Below, in pieces: positions 27,994 through 37,481 of a stretch of 49,234 bases of DNA. Under the pieces are notes generated by a model. That model was not told the DNA's origin and ran no database searches. It saw nothing but the letters and a program-made list of their open reading frames with translations. The DNA is from Chlorobiota bacterium (GTDB lineage Bacteria; Bacteroidota; Bacteroidia; Bacteroidales; JAADGE01), in NCBI GenBank assembly GCA_013153865.1, contig JAADDR010000188.1, forward strand, positions 1-49,234. Reading direction: 5' to 3'. Numbering within the stretch: position 1 is the first letter of the stretch; every line of letters begins with the position of its first letter. The translations under genes and the position numbers were made by a program.

Positions 27994-30900
27994 TTAGAAA
28001 AAAGCTCTTAAGCTCATACCTCCGGTATGAACAACTTTTTCGTCTCCGGGTTTTCGTCCGGAATAATTTAATTCGAGCTGTAAATAATCCGTCAGTTTAA
28101 CATAACGGGAAACAGTCCATAAAAAATTCTTGCCGGGCTGTAAACCTCCCAAAAATTCATAAGCCGTAAATGTATTGCTGTTACCCGAATATTCTATGTT
28201 TACAAAGTCAAATTTTACCGAAAAACGTCCTTTTTTCGTACTTGAAAATTTATATTCCGCACCTGCCGACCACGACGACATTTCTTCCTCTCCCGAAATA
28301 TTTTTATTCGATTTAACTGTGAAATTTCCCGAAACAGTATTAAAATTATCCGGTTTATAACTTAAAACACTTGTATTTTCCGAATAATCGGAAATATAAT
28401 TATTATCCGGAAAAAATTCCGACAAATATGTTTTTTCTCCGGTTTTAAAACTGTTTTTAATCATAAAATACGAAGTTTTTTTATTTATTTCGATAACATG
28501 AAACATGTTTCCTCGTATATCGGTGCCGTTTATAAGCAAATTGCGGCTTTCCGTTTTAATAAAAGTATAACTTAACCGCAAACTTAAAACGGGAATTTTA
28601 TATGATAATCTGTTTTTCAGATTTTTATTTAATCCGGTCAGCAGCGAATCCGGAACCGAATAATTAAAATAACCTGCTTTTTCGTTTATTTTTCTGTTAA
28701 TCTTAAAGAAAAAATTATTTGATAATCCGGAGAAAACTTTTTTTGTTTTACCGTTGTTTTTTTTAAAAAACCTGCCCGGTTGCATATTTAACGAGATGTA
28801 GGCATTTTGATTATATACGGTTTCGTAATTTACGGAAGGTAAAGCCACTCTCACAAAATCCGCTTCGTCGCTGAAATTTGCTTTTACAAATTCGTTTAAT
28901 TCTTTAATTCCGTTATTGTTAAAATCTTTCCATGCAAAGATTCCCTGCCCGTTTTGTACCTCAATATAAGTAAACTCTTTTGCAGGTTCGTTTCCTCCGG
29001 TATGTTCGGCAAAAACAGAGCCGTAAAGAGCTTTATTAAATATTGCAAAAGCATATTCAAAACGTGCAGACAAAGTATTATCCGGAAGGTTATCGAGATA
29101 AACATTTTTACCCGAAAGTTTTCGATAATTAAACCGCATTTTTATTTTTTGATTTTTAAAATTTGTAAAAACACCGCTCAACTTAAAATTATGAGCCGTC
29201 GCAGAATACGAAAGCTCGTTTGCATACGGCAAAAAATCTTCTCTGTTTGTATAACTTACGGAAAATTTGTTTTTAATATCTTCTGCGGTTTTTATATATA
29301 TTTTAAATTCGTTAAACCTGAAAGATGCCGGGTTCATCTCCTCGTTTGAAATATTTTTAAAAACGTTCTTTTCGCCCGAATCGGAAAAACCGTATTTTAA
29401 TTTTCCGGCACCCGCTTCTATAATCGCGTTATATCTTATAAACTCCGATCGTAAAGCGGTATCTTCGGCTGTAAGTCTGTCGGCGTTTAGGTTAAACAAA
29501 ATATTCTTTTTTTTGATATTTATCGAAACAGTATTTTTGTTCCCTTTATAAAATTCTGTTTCGCTCAAAAATTCAGAGTTAAAAGAAAATCTGCCTGTTC
29601 GTTTGTTAAAGTAACTTATTCCGGCTGAAATAAAATGTTCGTCGTAAACATTTTTAAAAAAAGGTAAATTCCAATCTCTGGCAAACTCCGGACTTTTATA
29701 CGGCTCAAAAGCCTCAAAGTGTTTTCCCGTAAATCCGTAATCGCCCGCAAGCTTTAAAAAAGTTTCGGAAGTATCGCGTTTAAGTAAGTTTCCCGACAAA
29801 CCGACTCTTAATGCTCCCGAGATATTATCCGCATCATTTTTTGAAGAAAATAAATTTTTGTCATAATCACTCATTGCTGTTTCAAAATACCAATCGGCGG
29901 ATTTTTTTATTTTACCTCTGCCTCCCGCTGTCAGCATCTGCTTCTTTTTAGGAGTTACAAGCAACCTGACAGGTTCGTATGATCCTTGTAAAATGCCGTT
30001 TTCGGGCGCTTTCCATTCAAAAACTTTACCGTTTACTTCGCTTTGTAAACGCACGTAGTTGCCTTTGCCTTCTCCGACAAAAGAAAACTGCAGACGATAT
30101 TTTGCCGTTAAACTGTCGGCTGAATAAAAGTAAATATCTTCGTAAATTACACCGTTTACAACAGTATCTTTTTTCCCGTAAAGCACCTCGTCTCCGGTAA
30201 AATCATCAACATAAACTATATCCGGTATAAATGCATTTTCCGTATCATCACCAGCATTTTCAAGTATAAGTTTTTGTTCGTCGCTTAAATCCTGCATTAT
30301 GGTCTGATTTTTTGCATCGATTTCAGAAATAAAATTCGCAAACCAAAAAGATTTTTCCGACTTAAATGATATTCCGCCGCCGTAATTAAACCTCGTATAA
30401 TTCATCTCCGAATATTCAAACTCGGCAATTATTCGACTGTCTTTGGTAATAATATGTTTTGACGTAAAAGTCAGTTCTCCGGTATTATAATTTATCACAT
30501 AATCATTTTCATTACCTCTTTTTAACAGAATACCGTCAAGATAAATACGTTCGCTGCCCGACAATACAATTATATACAATTCTCCGTTTTTACCTTTCAG
30601 TCTGTAAGGTCCCGAATCTCCTTCCCTTCCGTTAAAAGTCTCTCTGTTAAAAATACCTTTGGAAATCGATGCATTTACATGCGTTTTTGCTTTAAACTTT
30701 CCGGTGCTGAAATTTGTTTTAAAAGCCGCACCCTGAACTTTCTTTTTATAATTCAAAAAATATCCGGTTTCCGATTTAGAAACAAAATCTCCGACCGTAA
30801 GAAGACTTTTCGGAAAAAGCAACCGAATATAAACATTATCAAACTCTCTTAAATTTTGCGATGTACCGTCGGCTTGCACCGGAAGATTACTGTCGCTTAT

Positions 30901-31431
30901 ATTTGCTTGTATCTCGACATCAGGGCTTATCTTCCCGGATAATTGCAAGTTAAAATCAGAATTTAACGAAGCGTCTTGATTATTTCCGAAAGTAATCCCT
31001 CGCGATATGCTTCCCGACTTTTTCAAACCCGCGAACCTTGAATCTGAAGAATTTTCTTTTGCTTCTTTATCGACAATATAACGTCTTTTTATATTTTCAT
31101 TATTACTGTTATATGATTTATGAAAATACGATTTCGAAAAATTATACGGAAAAACTCTGTATGAAAATTCGCAGTTATTATTTTTTATTTTCTCAAAAAT
31201 ATCTTTTTTAAATACAACAATTGCTTTTGCATAATTAATTTCATAATCCGCTTTCGAAATCCGCACACCGTTTACGCTAATCTCCAAACTTTCCGGCACA
31301 ATCGATAAAGTATCGACAATAACGGTATCATTTACCGCCGAAATATCTTTACGAATAAAATTTGACAAATCCTGCCCGTAAATCGCAGAACTCAATATAA
31401 CAGACAATATGGATATTAAAGTTTTTTTCAA
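27994..31431 (-). CDS. Large hypothetical outer-membrane beta-barrel protein (Bacteroidota-type)
   Basis: TTG start, signal peptide, GSISRGITFGNNQ...NLQLSGK, GSERIYLDG..LKRG..NDYVINYNTGELTF, many amphipathic strands and a C-terminal Phe (LRAFF). Confidence 0.75.
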   Translation of the reverse strand: MKKTLISILSVILSSAIYGQDLSNFIRKDISAVNDTVIVDTLSIVPESLEISVNGVRISKADYEINYAKAIVVFKKDIFEKIKNNNCEFSYRVFPYNFSKSYFHKSYNSNNENIKRRYIVDKEAKENSSDSRFAGLKKSGSISRGITFGNNQDASLNSDFNLQLSGKISPDVEIQANISDSNLPVQADGTSQNLREFDNVYIRLLFPKSLLTVGDFVSKSETGYFLNYKKKVQGAAFKTNFSTGKFKAKTHVNASISKGIFNRETFNGREGDSGPYRLKGKNGELYIIVLSGSERIYLDGILLKRGNENDYVINYNTGELTFTSKHIITKDSRIIAEFEYSEMNYTRFNYGGGISFKSEKSFWFANFISEIDAKNQTIMQDLSDEQKLILENAGDDTENAFIPDIVYVDDFTGDEVLYGKKDTVVNGVIYEDIYFYSADSLTAKYRLQFSFVGEGKGNYVRLQSEVNGKVFEWKAPENGILQGSYEPVRLLVTPKKKQMLTAGGRGKIKKSADWYFETAMSDYDKNLFSSKNDADNISGALRVGLSGNLLKRDTSETFLKLAGDYGFTGKHFEAFEPYKSPEFARDWNLPFFKNVYDEHFISAGISYFNKRTGRFSFNSEFLSETEFYKGNKNTVSINIKKKNILFNLNADRLTAEDTALRSEFIRYNAIIEAGAGKLKYGFSDSGEKNVFKNISNEEMNPASFRFNEFKIYIKTAEDIKNKFSVSYTNREDFLPYANELSYSATAHNFKLSGVFTNFKNQKIKMRFNYRKLSGKNVYLDNLPDNTLSARFEYAFAIFNKALYGSVFAEHTGGNEPAKEFTYIEVQNGQGIFAWKDFNNNGIKELNEFVKANFSDEADFVRVALPSVNYETVYNQNAYISLNMQPGRFFKKNNGKTKKVFSGLSNNFFFKINRKINEKAGYFNYSVPDSLLTGLNKNLKNRLSYKIPVLSLRLSYTFIKTESRNLLINGTDIRGNMFHVIEINKKTSYFMIKNSFKTGEKTYLSEFFPDNNYISDYSENTSVLSYKPDNFNTVSGNFTVKSNKNISGEEEMSSWSAGAEYKFSSTKKGRFSVKFDFVNIEYSGNSNTFTAYEFLGGLQPGKNFLWTVSRYVKLTDYLQLELNYSGRKPGDEKVVHTGGMSLRAFF

Positions 31432-31505
31432 GAAATCAATTTAGAAATACAGGCAATATGCAAAAAACGAAAAAAATTATAAAATAATTACTAATATTGC
31501 GACAA

Positions 31506-32660
31506 ATGTCCGAAAAAAAGAAAATATTAATTTTTATAGACTGGTTTTTACCCGGATACAAAGCCGGCGGACCGGTAAGAAGTATTGCAAACATTACGGA
31601 ACATCTGTCGGAAGATTTTATTTTTAAGATTATAACAACCGATACTGATTATTCGGAAAATATTCCGTATTCAAGCGTAAAAAGTAACGAATGGAATACT
31701 TTATCCGAGAATGTATCCGTATATTATTTATCAAAAGACAAATTAAAAATTAAAACAATAAAAAAATTAATAAAAGATACGTCTTTTGATATTGCATACA
31801 TTAACGGTATTTACTCATTTTATTTCTCGATATTACCTCTGCTCATTTTAAGAAAATCCGAAAAAAAAATAATTGTTGCCTCGCGAGGAATGCTTTCCGA
31901 ACAGGCCTTTTCGTCAAAAAATATAAAAAAAACGATATTTCTTAAATTTGCCGGTATATTTAATCTGTATAAAAACGTAATATTCCAAGCCACGGAAAAA
32001 ACAGAAGCAGAAAATATAAAAGAAACGATAAAACAATACAAAAAAATAATTACCGTTTCTAATCTGCCTCAAAAAACCGGTTATTTAAAAAATAAACGGC
32101 GAAATAAAAAACAGGGTTCATTAAAACTCGTAAGCATTGCCAGAATATCTCCGGAAAAAAATACCCTGTACGCAATACAAATATTACGGCAACTGAAATA
32201 TGACGGTAAAATCGAGTTTGATTTATACGGTTCCGTTTATAACGAAAATTATTGGCACAAATGCAAAGAAATCATTAAAACACTTCCCGAAAATATTTCC
32301 GTTAATTACAAAAACAGTATAGAGAATTATAAAGTACACGAAACATTTTCGAAATATCATTTTTCTTTTATGCCGAGTAAAGGAGAGAATTTCGGACACT
32401 CTATTTTAGAAAGCTTTTCTGCCGGTTGCCCCGTAATTACAAGCAAAAACACTCCTTGGCAAAACCTCGAAGAAAAAGGAATCGGTTGGGACATAAACCT
32501 GAGCAACAAAGAAGAGTTTGTGAAAATTATTGAAAAATGTGCCGATATGTCCGAAAAAGAATACAATTCCATGTCTGAAAATACTTTTAATTTCGCAAAA
32601 AAATTTTCCGAAAAATCACAAGCAATAACAGATACAAAAAAAATGTTTGACGATGCATAA
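31506..32660 (+). CDS. Glycosyltransferase family 4 (GT-B)
   Basis: PGYKAGGPVRS, IARISPEKN, PSKGENFGHSILESFSAGCPVITS (EX7E). ATG at 31506. Confidence 0.92.
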   Translation: MSEKKKILIFIDWFLPGYKAGGPVRSIANITEHLSEDFIFKIITTDTDYSENIPYSSVKSNEWNTLSENVSVYYLSKDKLKIKTIKKLIKDTSFDIAYINGIYSFYFSILPLLILRKSEKKIIVASRGMLSEQAFSSKNIKKTIFLKFAGIFNLYKNVIFQATEKTEAENIKETIKQYKKIITVSNLPQKTGYLKNKRRNKKQGSLKLVSIARISPEKNTLYAIQILRQLKYDGKIEFDLYGSVYNENYWHKCKEIIKTLPENISVNYKNSIENYKVHETFSKYHFSFMPSKGENFGHSILESFSAGCPVITSKNTPWQNLEEKGIGWDINLSNKEEFVKIIEKCADMSEKEYNSMSENTFNFAKKFSEKSQAITDTKKMFDDA

Positions 32661-33207
32661 AACCGACCTCTCAAAATTCGACAACTCTTGGTATAACCCG
32701 AAAGGAAATATCGTTAAAAGAACTTTATGGTATTTCGTAAATGTTTTATTTTTTCTTAATCCGTGGAACCCGTTAAGCTCGCTTAAAATTTTTTTATTAA
32801 GACTTTTCGGTGCAAAAATAGGTAAAGGCGTTATCATAAAACCTTCCGTAAACATAAAATATCCCTGGCGTCTTTCCGTAGGAAACAATGTTTGGATAGG
32901 CGAAAAAGTTTGGATAGATAACCTTGCCGATGTAAAAATTGCCGACAATGTAAGCATATCACAAGGAGCAATGCTGCTTTGCGGAAATCATAACTACAAA
33001 AAAACATCTTTCGATTTAATTATCGGAGAAATAAAACTTGAAGAAGGAGTTTGGATAGGAGCAAAAAGTATTGTCGCACCCGGAGTTACCTGTAAATCAC
33101 ACTCCGTTCTCGCCGTTAATTCCGTTGCCGTTAAAGATTTGGAAGAATATACAATTTATCAAGGAAATCCCGCCGTAAAAGTAAGAAGCAGAATAATTGA
33201 AGAATAA
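32653..33207 (+). CDS. wcaF: WcaF-family polysaccharide O-acetyltransferase (hexapeptide repeat)
   Basis: LLRLFGAKIG, NIKYPWRL, ISQGAMLLCGNHNY, GNPAVKVR. Confidence 0.88.
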   Translation: MHKTDLSKFDNSWYNPKGNIVKRTLWYFVNVLFFLNPWNPLSSLKIFLLRLFGAKIGKGVIIKPSVNIKYPWRLSVGNNVWIGEKVWIDNLADVKIADNVSISQGAMLLCGNHNYKKTSFDLIIGEIKLEEGVWIGAKSIVAPGVTCKSHSVLAVNSVAVKDLEEYTIYQGNPAVKVRSRIIEE

Positions 33208-33268
33208 CAAAAAAACATCCTTCTTATAACACCTTTATTTTAAACAAAATACGGATACACTTTCATTT

Positions 33269-33380
33269 TAACCCGATTATTCTGAAAGTCGAGTTTCGAA
33301 ATTATCGGGTTAAATCGAAACTTCACTTTAATAATAACCCGATAATTATACAAGAATAATTTGCAAATAACCCGATAATT
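33269..33380. repeat. Four copies of TAACCCGAT(A/T)ATT on a 33-bp lattice, second copy inverted
   Basis: Direct copies at 33269-33281 (1 mismatch), 33335-33347 and 33368-33380. Reverse-complement copy AATTATCGGGTTA at 33300-33312, flanked by 13/15 inverted repeats at 33285-33299 and 33315-33329. Confidence 0.9.
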
Positions 33381-33391
33381 CAGTAAATTTG
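33360..33391 (+). promoter_or_regulatory. Bacteroidota sigmaA promoter for the AAA/DUF4143 gene, with repeat copy 4 in its spacer
   Basis: TTTG at 33360-33363, 20-bp spacer, TAAATTTG at 33384-33391; ATG at 33407. Confidence 0.75.
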
Positions 33392-33406
33392 TAAAAATTT
33401 AAACCT

Positions 33407-34672
33407 ATGGATTCCGATTATATCATAAAACGGAAAATATACGACAAAATAAAAAAACACCTCGACAAAAAAGAAATTACCATAATAAGCGGTATTCGTC
33501 AATGCGGAAAATCGACAATATTGCACAAACTCAGAACAAACCTCATAAAAGAAGGAGAAAAAACAATATTCTTAAATTTCGACTTCGACAAAGACAAAGA
33601 ATTTCTGAAAACACAAGAATCACTTGTAAACAAACTGAAATTTGAATTCGGAAGCAACAAAGGATATGTTTTCATAGACGAAATTCAAAGACGAGAAAAT
33701 GCCGGATTATATCTGAAAGGAATTTACGATCTGAGATTACCTTACAAATTCATCGTATCGGGTTCGGGAAGCGTAGAATTAAAAGAAAAAATTCAAGAAT
33801 CTCTACTCGGAAGAAAACGAGTTTTCGAAATGACACCGGTAAACTTTTCCGAATTTGTAAACTACAAAACAAATTATAAATATTCGGAAAAAATAAACGA
33901 ATACTTCGAATTCGAAAAAGAAAAAACAGAACAATTCCTGAAAGAATATCTGAATTACGGAGGTTTTCCGAGAATTGTAACCGAACGGGAAACAGATGAA
34001 AAAATCGAACTTATAAACGAAATTTACAACAGTTACATAGAAAAAGATTTAATTAATCTTTTAAACATAGGCAAACCCGAACTTTTTAAAGATATCTTCA
34101 AGATGCTGTCATACCTGTCGGGTAAGTTATTAAACCTCACAAACATCTCAAACGATACCGACACATCCGTGCAAACTCTGAAAAAATACCTGTATTTTGC
34201 CGAAAAAACATACTCGCTTACCAAAATAAGACCGTATTTTAACAACATAAGCAAAGAAATTCGCAAAGCACCCGTAATTTATTTTACGGATACCGGAATG
34301 ATGAACTACATAAGCGGTAAATACGGAAATTTAAGCACACCTGCCGACTTCGGTTTTGTTTTTCAAAACTTTATTTTCAATATTCTGAAAGATACAATAC
34401 CTAAAAACCACGAAATAAAATACTGGCGAACAACAGACAAAGCGGAAGTCGATTTTATCATCGACAAAACATCCGGAGTAACGCCGATTGAAGTAAAATA
34501 CAAAAAACTGAAAAAAACAAACATAAGTCGTTCGCTCAGAAGTTTTATAAACAAATACGAACCTCAAAATGCATATATCGTAAACCTGTCGTTAAAATCA
34601 AAAATAAAAATAAACAAAACAACGATTCACTTCATACCTTACACAAAATTATTTTCGATAAAATCACTATAA
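33407..34672 (+). CDS. AAA_14 ATPase + winged HTH + DUF4143 (PD-(D/E)xK-like) protein
   Basis: Walker A GIRQCGKST, Walker B FIDEIQ, VSGS, LLGR, YGGFP, HTH-like NLTNISNDTDTSVQTLKKYL, YFTDTG, YWRT..KAEVDFI...PIEVK. Confidence 0.92.
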   Translation: MDSDYIIKRKIYDKIKKHLDKKEITIISGIRQCGKSTILHKLRTNLIKEGEKTIFLNFDFDKDKEFLKTQESLVNKLKFEFGSNKGYVFIDEIQRRENAGLYLKGIYDLRLPYKFIVSGSGSVELKEKIQESLLGRKRVFEMTPVNFSEFVNYKTNYKYSEKINEYFEFEKEKTEQFLKEYLNYGGFPRIVTERETDEKIELINEIYNSYIEKDLINLLNIGKPELFKDIFKMLSYLSGKLLNLTNISNDTDTSVQTLKKYLYFAEKTYSLTKIRPYFNNISKEIRKAPVIYFTDTGMMNYISGKYGNLSTPADFGFVFQNFIFNILKDTIPKNHEIKYWRTTDKAEVDFIIDKTSGVTPIEVKYKKLKKTNISRSLRSFINKYEPQNAYIVNLSLKSKIKINKTTIHFIPYTKLFSIKSL

Positions 34673-35419
34673 ATGAAATTCTCAATAATAACGGCAACAT
34701 ACAACAACCGAAACACAATCGCCGATGCAATAAATTCCGTTGCTTCGCAAACATACAAAAACATCGAACACATCATAATCGACGGAGCATCAACGGACGG
34801 CACACTGTCGATAATAAAAAACACGCCCGGAAAAATCTCGAAAATTATAAGCGAACCCGACAAAGGCATATACGATGCTCTGAATAAAGGCATAAAAAAC
34901 GCAACCGGAGATATTATCGTTTTTCTGCATGCCGACGACATATTTGCCGAGACCAAAATTATCGAAAAAGCCGCAAAACTTTTCGAAAAAAAGCAAACGG
35001 ACAGCATATACGGCGATTTACGTTACGTTGCAAAAGAAAATACCGACAAAACCCTAAGATATTGGAAATCCGGAGAATACTCATTCTCGAAACTGAAAAA
35101 AGGATGGATGCCGCCGCACCCGACATTTTTTATCAAAAAAGAAATATACGACAAATACGGGATTTTCGATACCGAATTTAAAATTGCCGCCGATTACGAC
35201 ATAATACTCCGATTTCTCGGAAAACATAAAATCTCAACGGCATATCTGCCGGAAGTTATAACAAAAATGCGCATAGGAGGAGAAAGCAATAAAAATATCA
35301 AAAATATAATATTAAAAATGAAAGAAGACATAAAAGCTCTGAAAAAAAACAATATAGGAGGTTTTCACACACTCGTAATGAAAAACATCACAAAAATACC
35401 GCAATTGTTTCGGAAGTAA
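34673..35419 (+). CDS. Glycosyltransferase family 2 (WcaE-like)
   Basis: FSIITATYN, IIDGASTDGT, SEPDKGIYDALNKG, FLHADD, GWMPPHP, IAADYD, MRIGG. Confidence 0.92.
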   Translation: MKFSIITATYNNRNTIADAINSVASQTYKNIEHIIIDGASTDGTLSIIKNTPGKISKIISEPDKGIYDALNKGIKNATGDIIVFLHADDIFAETKIIEKAAKLFEKKQTDSIYGDLRYVAKENTDKTLRYWKSGEYSFSKLKKGWMPPHPTFFIKKEIYDKYGIFDTEFKIAADYDIILRFLGKHKISTAYLPEVITKMRIGGESNKNIKNIILKMKEDIKALKKNNIGGFHTLVMKNITKIPQLFRK

Positions 35420-35434
35420 ATTTTCTTAACTTTG
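35405..35434 (+). promoter_or_regulatory. Promoter for dnaG
   Basis: TTG at 35405-35407, 19-bp spacer, TAACTTTG at 35427-35434. Confidence 0.6.
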
Positions 35435-35453
35435 CTTTCCGCAAATAAAAAAA

Positions 35454-37388
35454 ATGATACCGCGAGAAACCGTAGATAAAATATTCGAAGCCGCAGACAT
35501 TTACGATGTCGTAAAAGACTACGTAAACCTGAAACGCGCAGGCGTAAACTACAAAGGAAACTGTCCTTTTCACGACGAAAAAACACCTTCGTTCGTAGTA
35601 TCGCCGGCAAAAGGCATATACAAATGCTTCGGCTGCGGTGCCGCCGGAAACTCCGTAAAATTCGTTATGGAACACGAAAAAGTATCTTTCCCGGAAGCAC
35701 TGAGAATACTCGCAAAAAAATATAATATCGAAATAAAAGAAGAAAAACTTACGGAAGAAAAAATACAGGAAAAAGAAACTCGCGACAGTCTTTTTATAGT
35801 TACCGAATTTGCAAAAAATTTCTTCAAAAAACAATTATTCGAAACAACCGAAGGTAAAAACACAGCACTAAGCTACTTCAAAGAACGAGGGTTTAACGAA
35901 CAAACAATAAAAAAATTCGAACTCGGTTGGAGCCCTTCAAAAAAAGACGCTTTTACCCAAACAGCTCTCAAAGCCGGATACAAACTTAAATTCCTGACCG
36001 AAACAGGACTTACCGTGGCAAAAAACGACGGATATAAATTCGACAGATTTGCCGAACGAATAATATTCCCGATAAGAACACTCTCCGGAAAAGTTACCGC
36101 ATTCGGAGGAAGAACACTTAAAGCCGACAAAAAAATCGCAAAATATCTCAACTCTCCCGAATCGGAAATATACAACAAATCTAAAATACTTTACGGAATA
36201 TATCTTGCAAAAAACGCAATCGTAAAACACGACAAATGCTTTATGACGGAAGGATATACCGACGTTATATCAATGCACCAATCCGGCATCGAAAATGTAG
36301 TTGCATCTTCCGGAACATCCTTAACGGTAGAGCAAATAAAACTCGTAAGACGTTTCACGAAAAACCTGAGCATAATATACGACGGCGACCCCGCAGGCAT
36401 TAAAGCATCTTTAAGAGGAATAGATTTGGCACTTGCCGAAGAAATGAACGTAAAAATAATTGCCCTGCCGCAAGGCGAAGATCCGGACAGTTTCGCAAAA
36501 AACAAAACCCGCGAAGAACTTACGGAATATTTCGACAAACACGAAAAAGACTTCATAGAATTTAAAATTAACCTCTTTGCCGGCGAGGCAAAAAATGACC
36601 CCGTAAAACGAGCAAATCTAATACGCGACATAGTAAAATCCGTATCCGTTATTCCGGACAAAATCCTCAGAGGAGAATACATAAAATCCGTATCAAAACA
36701 ACTCGGAGTAAACGAAGAAACACTGTATTCGGAAGTAACAAAACTGCTTCGCAAAAAATTCGACGACAACAGGAACAAAAATTACGGAAAATTCGGGCGA
36801 GAACCCGTAAAACCACGACTGCCAAACGAAACAACAGGCATATATTTCGAAGTAATCGAAAAAGACATACTCAATTTTTTGCTCAACTACGGAAACCAAA
36901 TAATAGAAATAGACGAAACCGAAGAAAAAATAACAGTCGCCGAATTTATAATATCCGAAATAAAAAACGACGACTTAGAATTTCATAACCTCGTTTACAA
37001 AGAAATTTTCAGAGACTACGAACGATATTTCTCCGAAAACAACGAATCGGTACAAGAATATTTCCTGAAACACGAAAACGAAAAAATAAGCGAAATTGCC
37101 GCCGAAATACTCGGTCCCAAACAAGAACTCAGCAAAATTTGGAACACATACGGATCTTCCGACGACAATATCGAAAAACGACTTAACAAAATCGTTCCCG
37201 AAATTATCGACACATTTAAGCTCAAAATAGTTCAACTGAAAACCGAAGAAATAAAAAAACAAATAGCCGAACTGCCTAAAAACGAAAATTACGACGATAA
37301 CCTTAACGAACTGCTCGAAAAACTCAAACTTTTCGACGACCTGAAAATAAAACTTACCGATATTTTGGAAAAAACAGCACTCCTCTGA
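35454..37388 (+). CDS. dnaG: DNA primase
   Basis: CHC2 zinc finger CPFHDEKTPSF...CFGC; FGGR; KYLNSPE; TOPRIM EGYTDV and YDGDPAG; EDPD. Confidence 0.97.
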   Translation: MIPRETVDKIFEAADIYDVVKDYVNLKRAGVNYKGNCPFHDEKTPSFVVSPAKGIYKCFGCGAAGNSVKFVMEHEKVSFPEALRILAKKYNIEIKEEKLTEEKIQEKETRDSLFIVTEFAKNFFKKQLFETTEGKNTALSYFKERGFNEQTIKKFELGWSPSKKDAFTQTALKAGYKLKFLTETGLTVAKNDGYKFDRFAERIIFPIRTLSGKVTAFGGRTLKADKKIAKYLNSPESEIYNKSKILYGIYLAKNAIVKHDKCFMTEGYTDVISMHQSGIENVVASSGTSLTVEQIKLVRRFTKNLSIIYDGDPAGIKASLRGIDLALAEEMNVKIIALPQGEDPDSFAKNKTREELTEYFDKHEKDFIEFKINLFAGEAKNDPVKRANLIRDIVKSVSVIPDKILRGEYIKSVSKQLGVNEETLYSEVTKLLRKKFDDNRNKNYGKFGREPVKPRLPNETTGIYFEVIEKDILNFLLNYGNQIIEIDETEEKITVAEFIISEIKNDDLEFHNLVYKEIFRDYERYFSENNESVQEYFLKHENEKISEIAAEILGPKQELSKIWNTYGSSDDNIEKRLNKIVPEIIDTFKLKIVQLKTEEIKKQIAELPKNENYDDNLNELLEKLKLFDDLKIKLTDILEKTALL

Positions 37389-37396
37389 GCATTTAA

Positions 37397-37427
37397 TTTG
37401 TCCGTTTTTAAATTATGCTTAATTTTG
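37397..37427 (+). promoter_or_regulatory. Promoter for metK
   Basis: TTTG at 37397-37400, 19-bp spacer, TAATTTTG at 37420-37427, placing the start site just before the riboswitch. Confidence 0.75.
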
Positions 37428-37432
37428 CATCC

Positions 37433-37481
37433 GGCGGAAAGATTTGATTGCTTGCAACCGCAGAAAAAAATGCTAAAACAT
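37433..37481 (+). ncRNA. SAM-II-type riboswitch aptamer in the metK leader
   Basis: P1 GCGG (37434-37437) / CCGC (37458-37461); hallmark GATTT, TTGCAA, A-rich linker and GCTAAA (37472-37477); upstream of SAM synthetase. Confidence 0.8.

Noticed and set aside
33269-33380. CRISPR array interpretation of the phased repeats
   Set aside because: The repeat is only 13 bp, one copy is inverted, two spacers are complementary to each other, and there are no cas genes in the window.
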